DNA of 64,000 nucleotides, from the NCBI GenBank assembly GCA_945898275.1, contig CAMDHZ010000013.1, positions 6,695 through 70,694 on the forward strand, in the 5' to 3' direction. Shown here in pieces: positions 41,801-49,628 of the stretch. Position numbers and translations under genes: made by a program. The notes below the pieces were generated by a model, which made no database searches, was not told the origin of the DNA, and saw only the letters and a list, made by a program, of their open reading frames with translations. Within the stretch, counting starts at the first letter, position 1. Every line of letters starts with the position of its first letter. This DNA is from Chitinophaga pinensis (GTDB taxonomy: Bacteria > Bacteroidota > Bacteroidia > UKL13-3).

Positions 41801-44800
41801 CCCAAACGCCAAAGCAAAGAAACACCTGGGGTGCTGGTATTGGTAAATTGCACCGATAGAGGATGACAACCCAAACTATCACTCATATTAAAGCCTGCAA
41901 CAGGGTTGGCAATGGTGCGGAAGACTAACTCCAAAGTATCTGCATTACAATTGTTTGGACTAGTTGTGATCAACCTTAAATAAATAGAATCTAATCCTGT
42001 GCTAATGGTATCTGTGGGAGGTGAAATACCTATTTGCTGTTTTCTAATAGTTTTATTTGGGTTCAAAAATTGCCAAATATACTGATTGTTGGCTAGCGGG
42101 AATTGGGTTAAACTAATTAGAGTAGGACTAATAACAAATGGAGGGCAGGAGCTATTAAAACTGGCACTAAATAGTGCTTTGGGTTCAGGATAAACTGTTA
42201 CTGTTTTAACAACTGAATCCAAACAGCCTAAACTGTTAGCTCCCTTTAATTTTATTTGATAGACACTATCCCTAAAAATTGGATTTGCAAAAATTGAAGC
42301 ATGATTCTGACTACTTGCCACAAGGTTATTGTTTACAAACCATTGAAAATTCATAGTACTTAAACCAGCGCCATTTCTTGGGTCAGATATATTTGTGAAA
42401 TTTACACTCAAAGGTGAACAACCGTTAATTGCAGATATGTTAAAGTTAACACTTGGCTTCTGATTGATTATAACTTGATTTTGTGTTGTATCATAACAAA
42501 CCTTACTGCCATGTTGAATTCCTGTTACCAATTGAACTTGATATTGAGCCAGTGATGCAGTGAAATTTATTGGTAAAGTTATTTGCGTATTGCTTAGTGT
42601 TGGGGTATTTATGATAACAGATGAATTAGGATTAACAGTCCAATTAAATACATTCGGACTGCCGCTACTTGTATTATTGGTGTTTAAAACAACAGGTCCA
42701 CAAAATGGTGAAGGAAGTGTAAATTGAGCAGTAGGTCGTCTAAGTAAGGTTGACGATCTTGTCAAGGAATCTTTGCATCCTAAACCATTAGTAACAATTA
42801 ACTTAAATGTATAATTGACATTGGTTGATGTTTTATTTTCTGGGTAAACTACAACTGGATTGGCAATATTATTATTATTCAAAACTGAATTTGAAAATCC
42901 ACTGTTATTTGAAACTGTCCAAGTAAAACTGTTTGAACCAAATGTTGAAGTAGCAGAAGCATTTAAGTTAAAGGTTTGATAATTGCACAAACTATCACTC
43001 ACCACAAAGCTTGGAATTGGTGAAGCAATTACATTTACCAATGCAGAATCAATGGTTAAGCAACTTCCACTTCCAAAACTATAATATATCTTAAAAATTC
43101 CTGCGCTATCGCTGCTAAACACGCCGGATGAATTAATTTTTTGACCACTCCAAACCCCACCTATAGGTTGTCCAGAAAATTGAATTGTTTTGTTAAGTTT
43201 ACAAACTGTAGTGTCATTTCCTGCATTGGCAAATGCAGCATTGACAATCGATACGCTAATTGTATCATGGTTAAGACAGCCGTTTGAAGCAGTAAAGGTG
43301 TAAATGAAACTAAATATTCCTAAACCTGATGATATAGGATTAAACGTCCCATTGGCATTTACTTTTCCTGAAGGAATGCTACTCCAAACACCAGTTCCTC
43401 CACTACCTGAAATAGGAGGTGAATATCCAGATAAAGTAACTGGTAAATTTTGGTAACAATAACTTTGGTTTTTTGTGCCGGCATTCACGGTTGGAATGAT
43501 ATTTACTGTTGCGGTAACTGGTAACCTTGCCCCATTACTTTCGCAACCGCTAAGGTTATTAAAAGAACTTGCATAAAAAATGGTGGTTGAACCTACAAAT
43601 CGAGTAATCGAAATACCTGTGTCAATTAAATTCCCCCCTGATAAAGCATCGTACCAACGTATAGTATTTGCATTAATTCCAACTGTTGAGGATAAGGTAA
43701 TAATACCTGGGCCACAACGTGTAGCATTTATTCCATTTATGGCAACACTAGGTATTGGATAAACTGTTACTGTAATCGGTAAACTATCACTTAAACATCC
43801 TGTTGAACCTATCACAGACCTAACATAATAATTTGTAGTTCCGGTTAAGGAAGGAGTGTAGTTTAATCCAGTCTGTAACAAGGTGCCGTTTATTGAATAC
43901 CAGTTTAGATTAGAACCATACGTGCCTGGAGAACCAGTTAGTGTTATGGCTCCAGGCCCGCATCTAAAAGTATCTCCTACATTAACTGGCAATCCTGGCT
44001 TAGGTAAAATAGTTATTTCTTGTGTGTCTCTCCCAGTTCCACATTCATTTGTAATTTGTGCAATAACTCTATAGGTAATGGGGACATTACTTTGGTCAAA
44101 AAATATAGTTGGATACTTTGAAAAGCTGTTAGTGCCACCAGTAAATGTAGCTGTGGGTTGAACCGACCAGTTATAAGAAATAGTTTGACCAAATGCGGTG
44201 TCAAAAACTACCCTATGTAGTCCTGCATTGTTATTGAATGAAATGGTTTGAGGGCCACAATAAGTTTGGTTATTGAGCAAGGTTGCATTAGGTGGGCCTT
44301 TTATAATTATGATGGTATCTTTTACCACAGTTGTACATTGGTTTGCAACAGCTAGCCTTAAGGTAAAAACCCCTGATTGATTAAATACCATTTGGGCATT
44401 GATTGAATTTGCATTTGTTCCGCCAGCAAAAGTTACGCCTGCTGCTGGTATTGTACTCCAAGTATAGCTAGTGGTGCCGCAAGAGGCAAGCGTATTAGAT
44501 GTATTTGTAGTGTTAACGGTTACAGGCAAACACCGATTTGCTGGACTGATATTGAAAGTGAAATTTGGCGTTGGAATGGGTTGGACGCATATGGTTTTGA
44601 TAGCAGTGTCATTTCCACATCCAGAAAGGCTTTGTTTCACAAGCATTAATGTATAAGTGCCAATTGAATTAAAACGTATGTTTATTATATTTGAGCCTTG
44701 TAGCAAAGGAGTGAAATTAGTACCTAGGCTTCCTGAAATTATAGAATATGAAGTTGGTGTAATAAACCATCTTCTATAAGTTTGAGAATCGCAGGAATTT

Positions 44801-46224
44801 CCAATAGGCGAACCACTTGGATAAAAACCATTTATAGATGCATCAGTAAATTGTCTTGTAGCATTTATGCAAAAGGAAGAATCTCCCAAAATAATAGCTT
44901 TAGGTTTACTTCTAGTTCTTATTGGCACAATAACAGAACCATTAGTTCCACATGGATTAGTAGCTAATAAATTTACTTGAAATGCATTATTAAAAGTTGT
45001 TGAACCATTAGATCCTAAAAACCCACAGGAATTTGAATTTATTGTATGCCTAATTGAATCAGGTGGAGGATGAAATAATGTTGTATCAGGTCGGCCATTT
45101 GAAAATGAAAGCGTATAAAAAGTACCAGGAGGATTTTGAAATACATTATTAGCAAACGGAATATAAAACGTGAAAGGTATACAACTACTAACAGGCAAAC
45201 CTGGGTTTACAATAGAACCGGATGGTATTTTTCCATTAAATACACTAATAAAAGTATCTTTTGAGCAACCAAATCTATTTGTAACTAAATTTCTTAACTG
45301 AAAGTATCCAAAACCAACATAGGTAATTGTATCAAAGACAAATGTAGAATCAAAATTCCTGATAATTGAATTTCCATAGTTTATTGAATAAGATGAGTTT
45401 GTAGTAAAGGTGGTCGAAAAATTATCTATACTCAAATTAACTCTTAATGAATCATCACATTTAATAAATGGTGAAGGACTAAGATTTACAATTGTTGGAT
45501 CAGGAAGTGGCTTTACCTGCAGTACATTTGATTGCGTAGTACTTGTTGCGCAGCCATTATTGTCAACTATATTAAGTCCTATTGTATAATTCGAAATACC
45601 ATTGCCAACCCCAGGATTAAATGTGACAGTTGGATTTGCCGATGTAGTATTTGGCGGTGTCCCCGTTCCACCTGTAAATGTCCAAAAATAACTTGCAATA
45701 CCTGCTAAGCTGTTTGAAGCATTTGAGAATGAAATAGGCGTACCTGAACAAACATTGTTAGGGGAAAAGGTAAAGGATGCACTTGGAATAGAAATAGTAA
45801 ATGAACCTGAAGTGTCTGATTTTGGAGTTGCATCTGAACTCCTGATGCGAATTCTATAATTAGTTCCCGCAGCAATTCCTGTAAACAGACAACTAATGCT
45901 GCCGTTTCCATTAGTTATCGTGCTAGTATTGCCTAAAGCGTATGGAGTTCCAAATAATCCATTTACATCAGACAATTGTGCTAAAATGGGAGTAACTGGA
46001 ATATTGAGCGTATCGTAAGAAAAATTTAAGATGAAATTGTTACCATTACACCTATTTCCACTAAATCCAGTAATTTTTAAACTTTGAGCATTTACATGAA
46101 AAAGAATAAAAAAATTAAATATTAAAAAAGTGGTTAAAGGGACTTTTTTTAAGGATGAAAAAAGAAATTTGATTATTATCAAAAATCTCTTTCTGGGGTA
46201 ACAAAAAGATTTTAATTGTTTCAT
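32854..46224 (-). CDS. Giant (4456 aa) PKD/Ig-repeat surface adhesin with T9SS type B (gliding-associated) CTD
   Basis: Signal peptide; dozens of PKD-like units (W.FGDG, P.A.F, GC.DS); CHU_C-associated Ig repeats; YVPNAFTPN...IYTKWGELVWE...GWDG...GNVTLIR. Confidence 0.92.
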   Translation of the reverse strand: MKQLKSFCYPRKRFLIIIKFLFSSLKKVPLTTFLIFNFFILFHVNAQSLKITGFSGNRCNGNNFILNFSYDTLNIPVTPILAQLSDVNGLFGTPYALGNTSTITNGNGSISCLFTGIAAGTNYRIRIRSSDATPKSDTSGSFTISIPSASFTFSPNNVCSGTPISFSNASNSLAGIASYFWTFTGGTGTPPNTTSANPTVTFNPGVGNGISNYTIGLNIVDNNGCATSTTQSNVLQVKPLPDPTIVNLSPSPFIKCDDSLRVNLSIDNFSTTFTTNSSYSINYGNSIIRNFDSTFVFDTITYVGFGYFQLRNLVTNRFGCSKDTFISVFNGKIPSGSIVNPGLPVSSCIPFTFYIPFANNVFQNPPGTFYTLSFSNGRPDTTLFHPPPDSIRHTINSNSCGFLGSNGSTTFNNAFQVNLLATNPCGTNGSVIVPIRTRSKPKAIILGDSSFCINATRQFTDASINGFYPSGSPIGNSCDSQTYRRWFITPTSYSIISGSLGTNFTPLLQGSNIINIRFNSIGTYTLMLVKQSLSGCGNDTAIKTICVQPIPTPNFTFNISPANRCLPVTVNTTNTSNTLASCGTTSYTWSTIPAAGVTFAGGTNANSINAQMVFNQSGVFTLRLAVANQCTTVVKDTIIIIKGPPNATLLNNQTYCGPQTISFNNNAGLHRVVFDTAFGQTISYNWSVQPTATFTGGTNSFSKYPTIFFDQSNVPITYRVIAQITNECGTGRDTQEITILPKPGLPVNVGDTFRCGPGAITLTGSPGTYGSNLNWYSINGTLLQTGLNYTPSLTGTTNYYVRSVIGSTGCLSDSLPITVTVYPIPSVAINGINATRCGPGIITLSSTVGINANTIRWYDALSGGNLIDTGISITRFVGSTTIFYASSFNNLSGCESNGARLPVTATVNIIPTVNAGTKNQSYCYQNLPVTLSGYSPPISGSGGTGVWSSIPSGKVNANGTFNPISSGLGIFSFIYTFTASNGCLNHDTISVSIVNAAFANAGNDTTVCKLNKTIQFSGQPIGGVWSGQKINSSGVFSSDSAGIFKIYYSFGSGSCLTIDSALVNVIASPIPSFVVSDSLCNYQTFNLNASATSTFGSNSFTWTVSNNSGFSNSVLNNNNIANPVVVYPENKTSTNVNYTFKLIVTNGLGCKDSLTRSSTLLRRPTAQFTLPSPFCGPVVLNTNNTSSGSPNVFNWTVNPNSSVIINTPTLSNTQITLPINFTASLAQYQVQLVTGIQHGSKVCYDTTQNQVIINQKPSVNFNISAINGCSPLSVNFTNISDPRNGAGLSTMNFQWFVNNNLVASSQNHASIFANPIFRDSVYQIKLKGANSLGCLDSVVKTVTVYPEPKALFSASFNSSCPPFVISPTLISLTQFPLANNQYIWQFLNPNKTIRKQQIGISPPTDTISTGLDSIYLRLITTSPNNCNADTLELVFRTIANPVAGFNMSDSLGCHPLSVQFTNTSTPGVSLLWRLGNGSTSTAANPLISYPNLSHTLDSIYRIKLVITAGGTGCKDSIEKLVRVLPKPLARFTLATNVCANSTINPSNTSLFKGSANANTYRWAKFNASVSLNDSTIASPIIAFAQNQTSFDSLFNIRLRITSADGCVHDTTRPINQRAVPLAQFSLNNKGCGPITLQATNGTTNVQINSLWSVTPATGVNISTSASTSPNISFPINLSNDSINYNIRLIATRSTILNCPDSAFRIVTIYPKPNINFNVSDTAKCNPALFTFTNTSNPKNGDSINSMLFNWNFGNGILSNALDSQMSYLNNGITDIVYNVKLKGVTKHGCLDSITKTVRIWPDAEAVFTANITTSCAPFAINSSVISTQIHPQANGIYRWFANNVLIGTGAAFPGQTLQNPSDSVTIKLVVTSLNGCKDDSMQMVFRTIANPVAGFNMSDSLGCHPLSVQFTNTSTPGVSLLWRLGNGSTSTTANPLINYPNLSHTIDSVYRIRLIITAGGTGCKDSIEKLVRVLPKPLARFTLTTNVCANSTINPSNTSVFKGAANISTYRWTKFNASLSLSDSTIASPTIAFAQNQTSVDSLFNIRLRITSADGCVHDTTRPINQRAVPLAQFSLNNKGCGPITLQATNGTTNVQINSLWSVTPATGLNIVTTTSTSPNISFPLNNTNDSIIYNVRLVATRSNLLDCRDTALSNVVVYPKPNVNFNASDTALCSPALFTFTNQSSPKNGEPINSMLFNWNFGNGILSNAIDTQMRYLNNGTTDIVYNVKLKGTSKHGCLDSTTKTVRIWPDAKASFTANNTTSCAPFAINSSVISTQIHPQANGIYHWFANNVLIGTGAAFPGHTLPNPSDSVTIKLVVTSLNGCKDDSMQLVFRTIANPVAGFNMSDSVGCHPLSVQFTNTSTSGVSLLWRLGNGNTSTTANPLINYPNLSHTIDSVYRIRLIITAGGTGCKDSIERQVRVFPRPLASFTLLNQICAASSVLPTNASVFKGAANVSTYRWTKFNASVSLNDSTIASPTIAFAQNQTAVDSLFNIRLRITSADGCVHDTTRLINQRAVPLAQFSLNNKGCGPITLQATNGTTNVQINSLWSVTPATGVSIVTTSSSSPNISFPLNNTNDSIIYNVRLVATRSNLLDCRDTALNNVVIYPKPNVNFNVSDIALCSPALFTFTNTSNPKNGDSINSMSFNWNFGNGVLSNAIDTQMRYLNNGNNDIVFNVKLKGTTKHGCLDSTNKTVRIWPDAKAVFTASTSTSCAPFFINSSVISTQTHPQANGIYRWFANNVLIGTGATFPGQTLQNPADSVTIKLVVTSLNGCKDDSMQMVFRTIANPVADFNMSDSAGCHPLSVQFTNTSTSGVSLLWRLGNGNTSTNANPLISYPNLSHTIDSVYRIKLLVTDGGTGCKDSIERQVRVFPRPLASFTLLNQICAASSVLPTNTSVFKGAAAANSYSWTKFNASLSLSDSTIASPTIAFAQNQTSVDSLFNIRLRITSVDGCVHDTTRPINQRAVPLAQFSLTNKGCGPITLQAINNTTNIPTNALWSVNPISGVNIVTTTSTSPNISFPLNNTNDSIIYNVRLVATRSNLLDCRDTSLSNVVIFPKPNVNFNVSDTALCSPALFTFTNTSNPKNGDSINSMSFNWNFGNSVLSNAIDTQMRYLNNGNNDIVFNVKLKGTTKHGCLDSITKTVRIWPDAKAVFTRTTVINCAPFIINASNVVASTFPDANSNYEWYANQNLIGTGLNFPGFILSNQADSVKITLKAISKNGCKNDSMEAWFYTIENPKPKFIAVDSITCSGNLVQFNNLSTPNFGLSYQWFFGNQTLGSTQNNPSLIFNNYGVLDTTILIKLITIAGGTGCRDSIIKPIVIKPLPNPNFNFSDSINCFPRTVLATINSTNIPPINALTYHWQGGPTGIFISNDSAATSTSLSFNDNQSGTNNIYWLRLKVQSDFGCLDSVQKQVRIPTRPIANFNFVLDSGCGPYNTIASSISSFANNFQWLSLQVAGNIVNPTGSNINIQFPGHRGSIDSIYKIRLIASSIEGCIDSIEKPVSVFPKPIASFSSSVDSGCAPLPVKFISNSDVKKPALFNWQFGDGNGIIGTSDSSNHLFLGSIFNDTIFFTRLIIRSANGCLDTVSKAMYIESGAVAKIHLPDTQLCSSKTSPASLRIENKSYGSVDTFYWNFGDGQELTTTADSTILHPYDKEGYYRISLKAVNDCRESFDTAYVLVQTPPNLLITKTDSVGCSPMNVQFSNLSTDTFRAVFNWNMGNGNSYTSFQVPTQTYLQSLRNDTFYYVNHNISNVCGNFINRDTIQVLPKPTSFFLTNTDSGCSPLPVFMQNQSFGVPQQFLWHFGNGDSSIRQFPLQNPITYTTIDTPSTFSIRLIVSNICGSDTSYRKVKVMPNTVKSFFTADIQNGCDALTVQFTDYAMGGQNISWNFGDGSGSSLKNPKHTFSNPGTYRVFQYVNNNCSFDTSSLLINVFPSPAFSLEKLSTPVCERSPVFFKANIIDSGTLTWHFGDGDSSQLINPVHYYKTSGLKVFRAILVSNTNYCSRTLTDSIFINALPEVKITADTIRACQNLAFRFVGSTLQPSFLIWDFGDSTYGLGYGATHFFSKPGNYRVKVIATNAAGCSDTAINDIIVYPVPVASFGLNPKDTCNGPAWVNFTNTSVGANTYQWTFGNGNNSSNVNERQFFSGIGKYNNQLIATNNFLCKDTSEAIFEIFEKPVPEFTFTPTSLCVGATVSFTNTSKLGASYVWYFGDGDSSTLENPSHVYKDSGQYKVTLFVYAGTICFDSLSSNQIITVHPNPNPSFLNTVDISKKPSREVVFEYTGTNGYNFNWQFGDGSIGQGRKPMHVYGESDSGCFGIKLDVESFYGCDTTISDTICLPGYWKGLYVPNAFTPNYGIDAVRTFLPSGKELRDYHLRIYTKWGELVWESTELRNGSPAIGWDGKHKDTGNECDQGAYIWTIEATFTDGKAWDGMLFPGATKVVRYGNVTLIR
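36508..41907 (-). repeat. Four tandem 1350-bp (450-aa) intragenic repeats
   Basis: Matching sequence at 37831, 39181, 40531 and 41881, and at 36781, 38131, 39481 and 40831; period exactly 1350. Confidence 0.95.
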
Positions 46225-46248
46225 AGGGTAAGATGTTCATCTACTGCA

Positions 46249-46256
46249 CAAATATA
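46249..46256 (-). promoter_or_regulatory. Putative -7 element (TATATTTG) of the adhesin gene
   Basis: Matches the Bacteroidota TAnnTTTG consensus about 25 nt upstream of the ATG. Confidence 0.5.
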
Positions 46257-46272
46257 ATTATCTTCTTAAACT

Positions 46273-47172
46273 TTACCCCAAAATCTCCCTCACCGCTTCC
46301 TCAGCATGTAAATATTTGAAGCCAAAGCCAACCTCTTGAATTTTTTCTGAGCTAATGTTTTGGTCGGATAACAGCATACCTCCCATTTCTCCCATCAATA
46401 ACTTTAGCATGAAGCCTGGAACAGGAGGCAAAAACATTGGGCGGTTTAAGGCTTTTGCAATATACTTGGTAAGTCCGGCATTGGTTTCTGGGTGCGGTGC
46501 TACGCCATTGTATATGCCTTTGTACTCGGGGTGCTGACCTAAAAACAGAAACATTCTGCAAAGGTCTTCTACATGAATCCACGGTACCATCATTTTGCCA
46601 GAACCCAATGGCGCCGCCAAACCATACTTGGCTAAATTGCCTATTTCTTTGATAAAACCACCTTCTTTGCTCAATACAATGCCAATTCTGATGATGCTTA
46701 AGTTAATTCCTAAATTAGAAAAAGCCATGGCCTCATCTTCCCATTTTACACATACCTCCGCCAAAAAATTGCTATCAGCAGGGTATTGCTCTTTTACCAA
46801 GCCCTCTGGGTGCGTGCCATAAATGCCAACCGCCGAGGCAGAAACAATTGATTTTACTTGATGGGTATGCCTTTGTAAAGTTTCAACCAAGAGCCTTGTT
46901 CCGTTTACACGGCTCTCTAAAATTTCTTTTTTGTAGGAACTTGTCCACTTTTTATCAGCAACTCCTGCGCCTGCAAGGTGGAAAATCATATCCGTACCTG
47001 CTAGAAATTTAGGGTCAATTTCCATTTTATCAGGATCCCAATAATAGTCGTTTTTGTTGTCTTTACTGGGGTTTCTGGTGAGTATGCCTACCTCAAAACC
47101 ATTCTTTTTTAATAGGGTTGTAAGGTTTTTGCCTACATTGCCACTTCCTCCACTGATAATGACTTTTGTCAT
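46273..47172 (-). CDS. TIGR01777 family NAD-dependent oxidoreductase
   Basis: IISGGSGNVG, HLAGAGVADKKW, SASAVGIYG, RIGIVLS, GSGKMMVPWIHVED. Confidence 0.92.
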   Translation of the reverse strand: MTKVIISGGSGNVGKNLTTLLKKNGFEVGILTRNPSKDNKNDYYWDPDKMEIDPKFLAGTDMIFHLAGAGVADKKWTSSYKKEILESRVNGTRLLVETLQRHTHQVKSIVSASAVGIYGTHPEGLVKEQYPADSNFLAEVCVKWEDEAMAFSNLGINLSIIRIGIVLSKEGGFIKEIGNLAKYGLAAPLGSGKMMVPWIHVEDLCRMFLFLGQHPEYKGIYNGVAPHPETNAGLTKYIAKALNRPMFLPPVPGFMLKLLMGEMGGMLLSDQNISSEKIQEVGFGFKYLHAEEAVREILG

Positions 47173-47208
47173 AATTGTATTTTATATTAAAACATTTTAT
47201 TTACCACA

Positions 47209-48159
47209 ATGTTTAATTCTGACAAACAGTATATTCAAAATAAATTGGGAACCTTTTCTATTAAGGACATAGAAGCGCTTACGGGTATCAAATGTCATAC
47301 CCTTAGGATTTGGGAGCAACGCTATGGAATAGTTGTGCCCAAACGCAGCGATACTAATATTAGGTATTACGACGACCATGATTTAAAAACGCTGCTTAAC
47401 ATTAGTGTGCTTAACGACAATGGCATCAAAATTTCTGAAATTGCAAAATTAACTTCGGACGAAATATCGGAAAAAGTTCTGGAAATTAGTCAATTAGGCA
47501 CAGAATTTAAAATTCATATTCGTTCTTTCGTTTCGGCAATGCTCAGTTTTGACGAAACAGGCTTTCATAAATTGATGAATACTTATATTCTTCAATTTGG
47601 CATTGAGGATACTTTTCTAAAAATTGTTTTTCCTTTTCTTCAAGAAGTAGGATTGCTTTGGCAAGTTGGAACCATCCAACCTTCTCATGAACATTTTGTT
47701 TCAAATATTATAAAACAAAAACTGTATGTGGCTATTGATGGCCAGGTTGGGAAATATAGCAACAATCGTAAAAGATTTTTATTGTTTCTGCCAGAATCTG
47801 AAAAGCATAGTTTAGGGCTTTTATTTGCAAATTTTTTAATACGTTCTAGAGGACATGAAGTTTTGTATTTGGGTCAAGAAGTTCCATTGATAGATTTAAG
47901 GGATGCTTTTGAAAAAGATAATCCAGATTTTATCCTAACCATGATGACTATTCCTCAACCTGATATGGACAAACAAAATTTTGTTGATTTCCTGACAGAG
48001 AATTGGCCTAACAGCGAAATATTACTTACAGGTCCGCAGTTTATTCATGCAGGACTTACACTTGGTTCAAACGTGCACAAGATTGCTCAATTTTCAGAGT
48101 TAATTACCCTTGTCAATAGCATGGAATTACCAGATGCTAAACGAAATTTAATTTCCTGA
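47209..48159 (+). CDS. MerR family regulator with cobalamin-binding domain (LitR/CarH-like)
   Basis: FSIKDIE..TGIKCHTLRIWEQRY HTH; W-x10-EH (W...HEHF) and EKHSLG B12 motifs; true start may be TTG at 47245. Confidence 0.85.
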   Translation: MFNSDKQYIQNKLGTFSIKDIEALTGIKCHTLRIWEQRYGIVVPKRSDTNIRYYDDHDLKTLLNISVLNDNGIKISEIAKLTSDEISEKVLEISQLGTEFKIHIRSFVSAMLSFDETGFHKLMNTYILQFGIEDTFLKIVFPFLQEVGLLWQVGTIQPSHEHFVSNIIKQKLYVAIDGQVGKYSNNRKRFLLFLPESEKHSLGLLFANFLIRSRGHEVLYLGQEVPLIDLRDAFEKDNPDFILTMMTIPQPDMDKQNFVDFLTENWPNSEILLTGPQFIHAGLTLGSNVHKIAQFSELITLVNSMELPDAKRNLIS

Positions 48160-48858
48160 TTGCTTACTTTGCAATAAAGGAAGCAAACGTTTAAACTCTG
48201 CATCGGTAACTACCTGATATGTTACAGGAATTTCAAATAGTTTATCCTCCATAGGAAGTGGTGCAACCATTTTTACGGTTAACTGCATAATGACACCATT
48301 GTTATTTGAACTGTATTGCATTAAAAATCCTGGTATTTCTTTTAAACCTTCTTCATTTTGAGTATTATAAGGCGGTATTTCTTTGGTGAACCAACAATCA
48401 TTAAAGGTGGTATCATACACAGTTTGTCTTACAACTTGAGCCTTTTGACAATTATAACCAGCAATTTTTTTGTATTCATTTAGAATGGTTACCTTGAAAG
48501 AAAGTTGCAAAGAATCGGGCACCATTTCCTTTTTAAATGCGACCATCTCGCTATCACTTTTCTTTAAGGCTAGCTTTTTGGAAAAGATATTTAATAACAC
48601 TATCGTTTCTTTGGTGTTTCCATCATAAATCGTTGTGTTTTTGCCCATTCCCCCTAAGCCCATTTCCATTCGGGTGCGTTTATCTTTAAAGTAAAAACTG
48701 GCTTCATGCGGCAATAAATGCTCATTGCGTTTCATCTCTTGAGGCAAGTTTTGGTAAGTAATGTCATAAAACAATTTGCCTTCCTTCAAAAGATTTTGCC
48801 CTAAGCAAAGCTTTGCTACTAGGGAAAGTAGAATTAATAAATAGCTACGCATTACCAA
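48148..48858 (-). CDS. Secreted DUF4412/GLPGLI-like protein
   Basis: Signal peptide; KKIAGYNCQKA, WFTKEI, IPGFLMQY, LFEIP..Y. Confidence 0.7.
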   Translation of the reverse strand: MVMRSYLLILLSLVAKLCLGQNLLKEGKLFYDITYQNLPQEMKRNEHLLPHEASFYFKDKRTRMEMGLGGMGKNTTIYDGNTKETIVLLNIFSKKLALKKSDSEMVAFKKEMVPDSLQLSFKVTILNEYKKIAGYNCQKAQVVRQTVYDTTFNDCWFTKEIPPYNTQNEEGLKEIPGFLMQYSSNNNGVIMQLTVKMVAPLPMEDKLFEIPVTYQVVTDAEFKRLLPLLQSKQSGN

Positions 48859-49628
48859 CTTAATTTTTCTTTGTTTAGAAAGGCATTAATCCCTTTTTTA
48901 CAATCGTCACTTGCACGTGTTTTTGCATTCATTTCTGCTGCATAATTAATAGCTTGTTCTAAGCTAAGTTCTGGAACCTTAGCCAACATTGTTTTAGTGG
49001 CAGAAATAGATTGGCTAGAGGTTTGTTTAGTCAATTTTACTGCAAACTCATGCACTGTTTCCTCTAGTATTGGAGATTCTACTACATAATTTATAAGTCC
49101 TAATTCTTTGGCCTGATTGGCCTCTAATATTTCACCACTCAGTAAAATTTGTCTAGCTTTTCTTTCACCAACTTGTCTCAATAAAAACACTAGTACAATT
49201 GCGGGAATAAAACCTATTTTAACTTCGGTATAGGCAAATTTTGCATGCGACTCAGCAAAGCAAAAATCACAAATGGTAGCCAAGCCGCAACCTCCAGCAA
49301 ACGCAGCGCCATGCACCATGCTTATAACAACTTTAGGGAAATGGTAAATCATCAAAAATAGTTCGGCTAAATGTTTACTGTCGGCCAAGTTTTCTTCAAA
49401 GGTATTGGTTTGAAGACTTTGCAAAGAGGCTAAATCCGCTCCTGAACAAAAAGCTTCACCACTTCCCTTTAAGATAACTACCTTACAATTTGAATCGTTA
49501 GTGGCTTGTGAAAGGTTTTCTTTAATAGCTGACACAAATTCAAAACTCAATGCATTTCTTTTTTCTGGTCTATTTAACGTGAGATAGGCCACTCTGTCGC
49601 GGACTTCATAGGTTACCAATGCTTCCAT
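48852..49628 (-). CDS. Enoyl-CoA hydratase/isomerase (methylglutaconyl-CoA hydratase-like)
   Basis: LNRPEKRNAL, AFCSGADL, GAAFAGGCGLA, TEVKIGFIPA. Confidence 0.92.
   Translation of the reverse strand: MEALVTYEVRDRVAYLTLNRPEKRNALSFEFVSAIKENLSQATNDSNCKVVILKGSGEAFCSGADLASLQSLQTNTFEENLADSKHLAELFLMIYHFPKVVISMVHGAAFAGGCGLATICDFCFAESHAKFAYTEVKIGFIPAIVLVFLLRQVGERKARQILLSGEILEANQAKELGLINYVVESPILEETVHEFAVKLTKQTSSQSISATKTMLAKVPELSLEQAINYAAEMNAKTRASDDCKKGINAFLNKEKLSW

Noticed and set aside
36508-41907. 1350-bp repeats as IS copies or a prophage
   Set aside because: They are in-frame parts of one continuous ORF, with no transposase, terminal inverted repeats or phage genes.
33292-45911. Many plus-strand ORFs opposite the adhesin, some recurring with the repeat
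   Set aside because: Antisense shadows; their recurrence simply follows the 1350-bp period.
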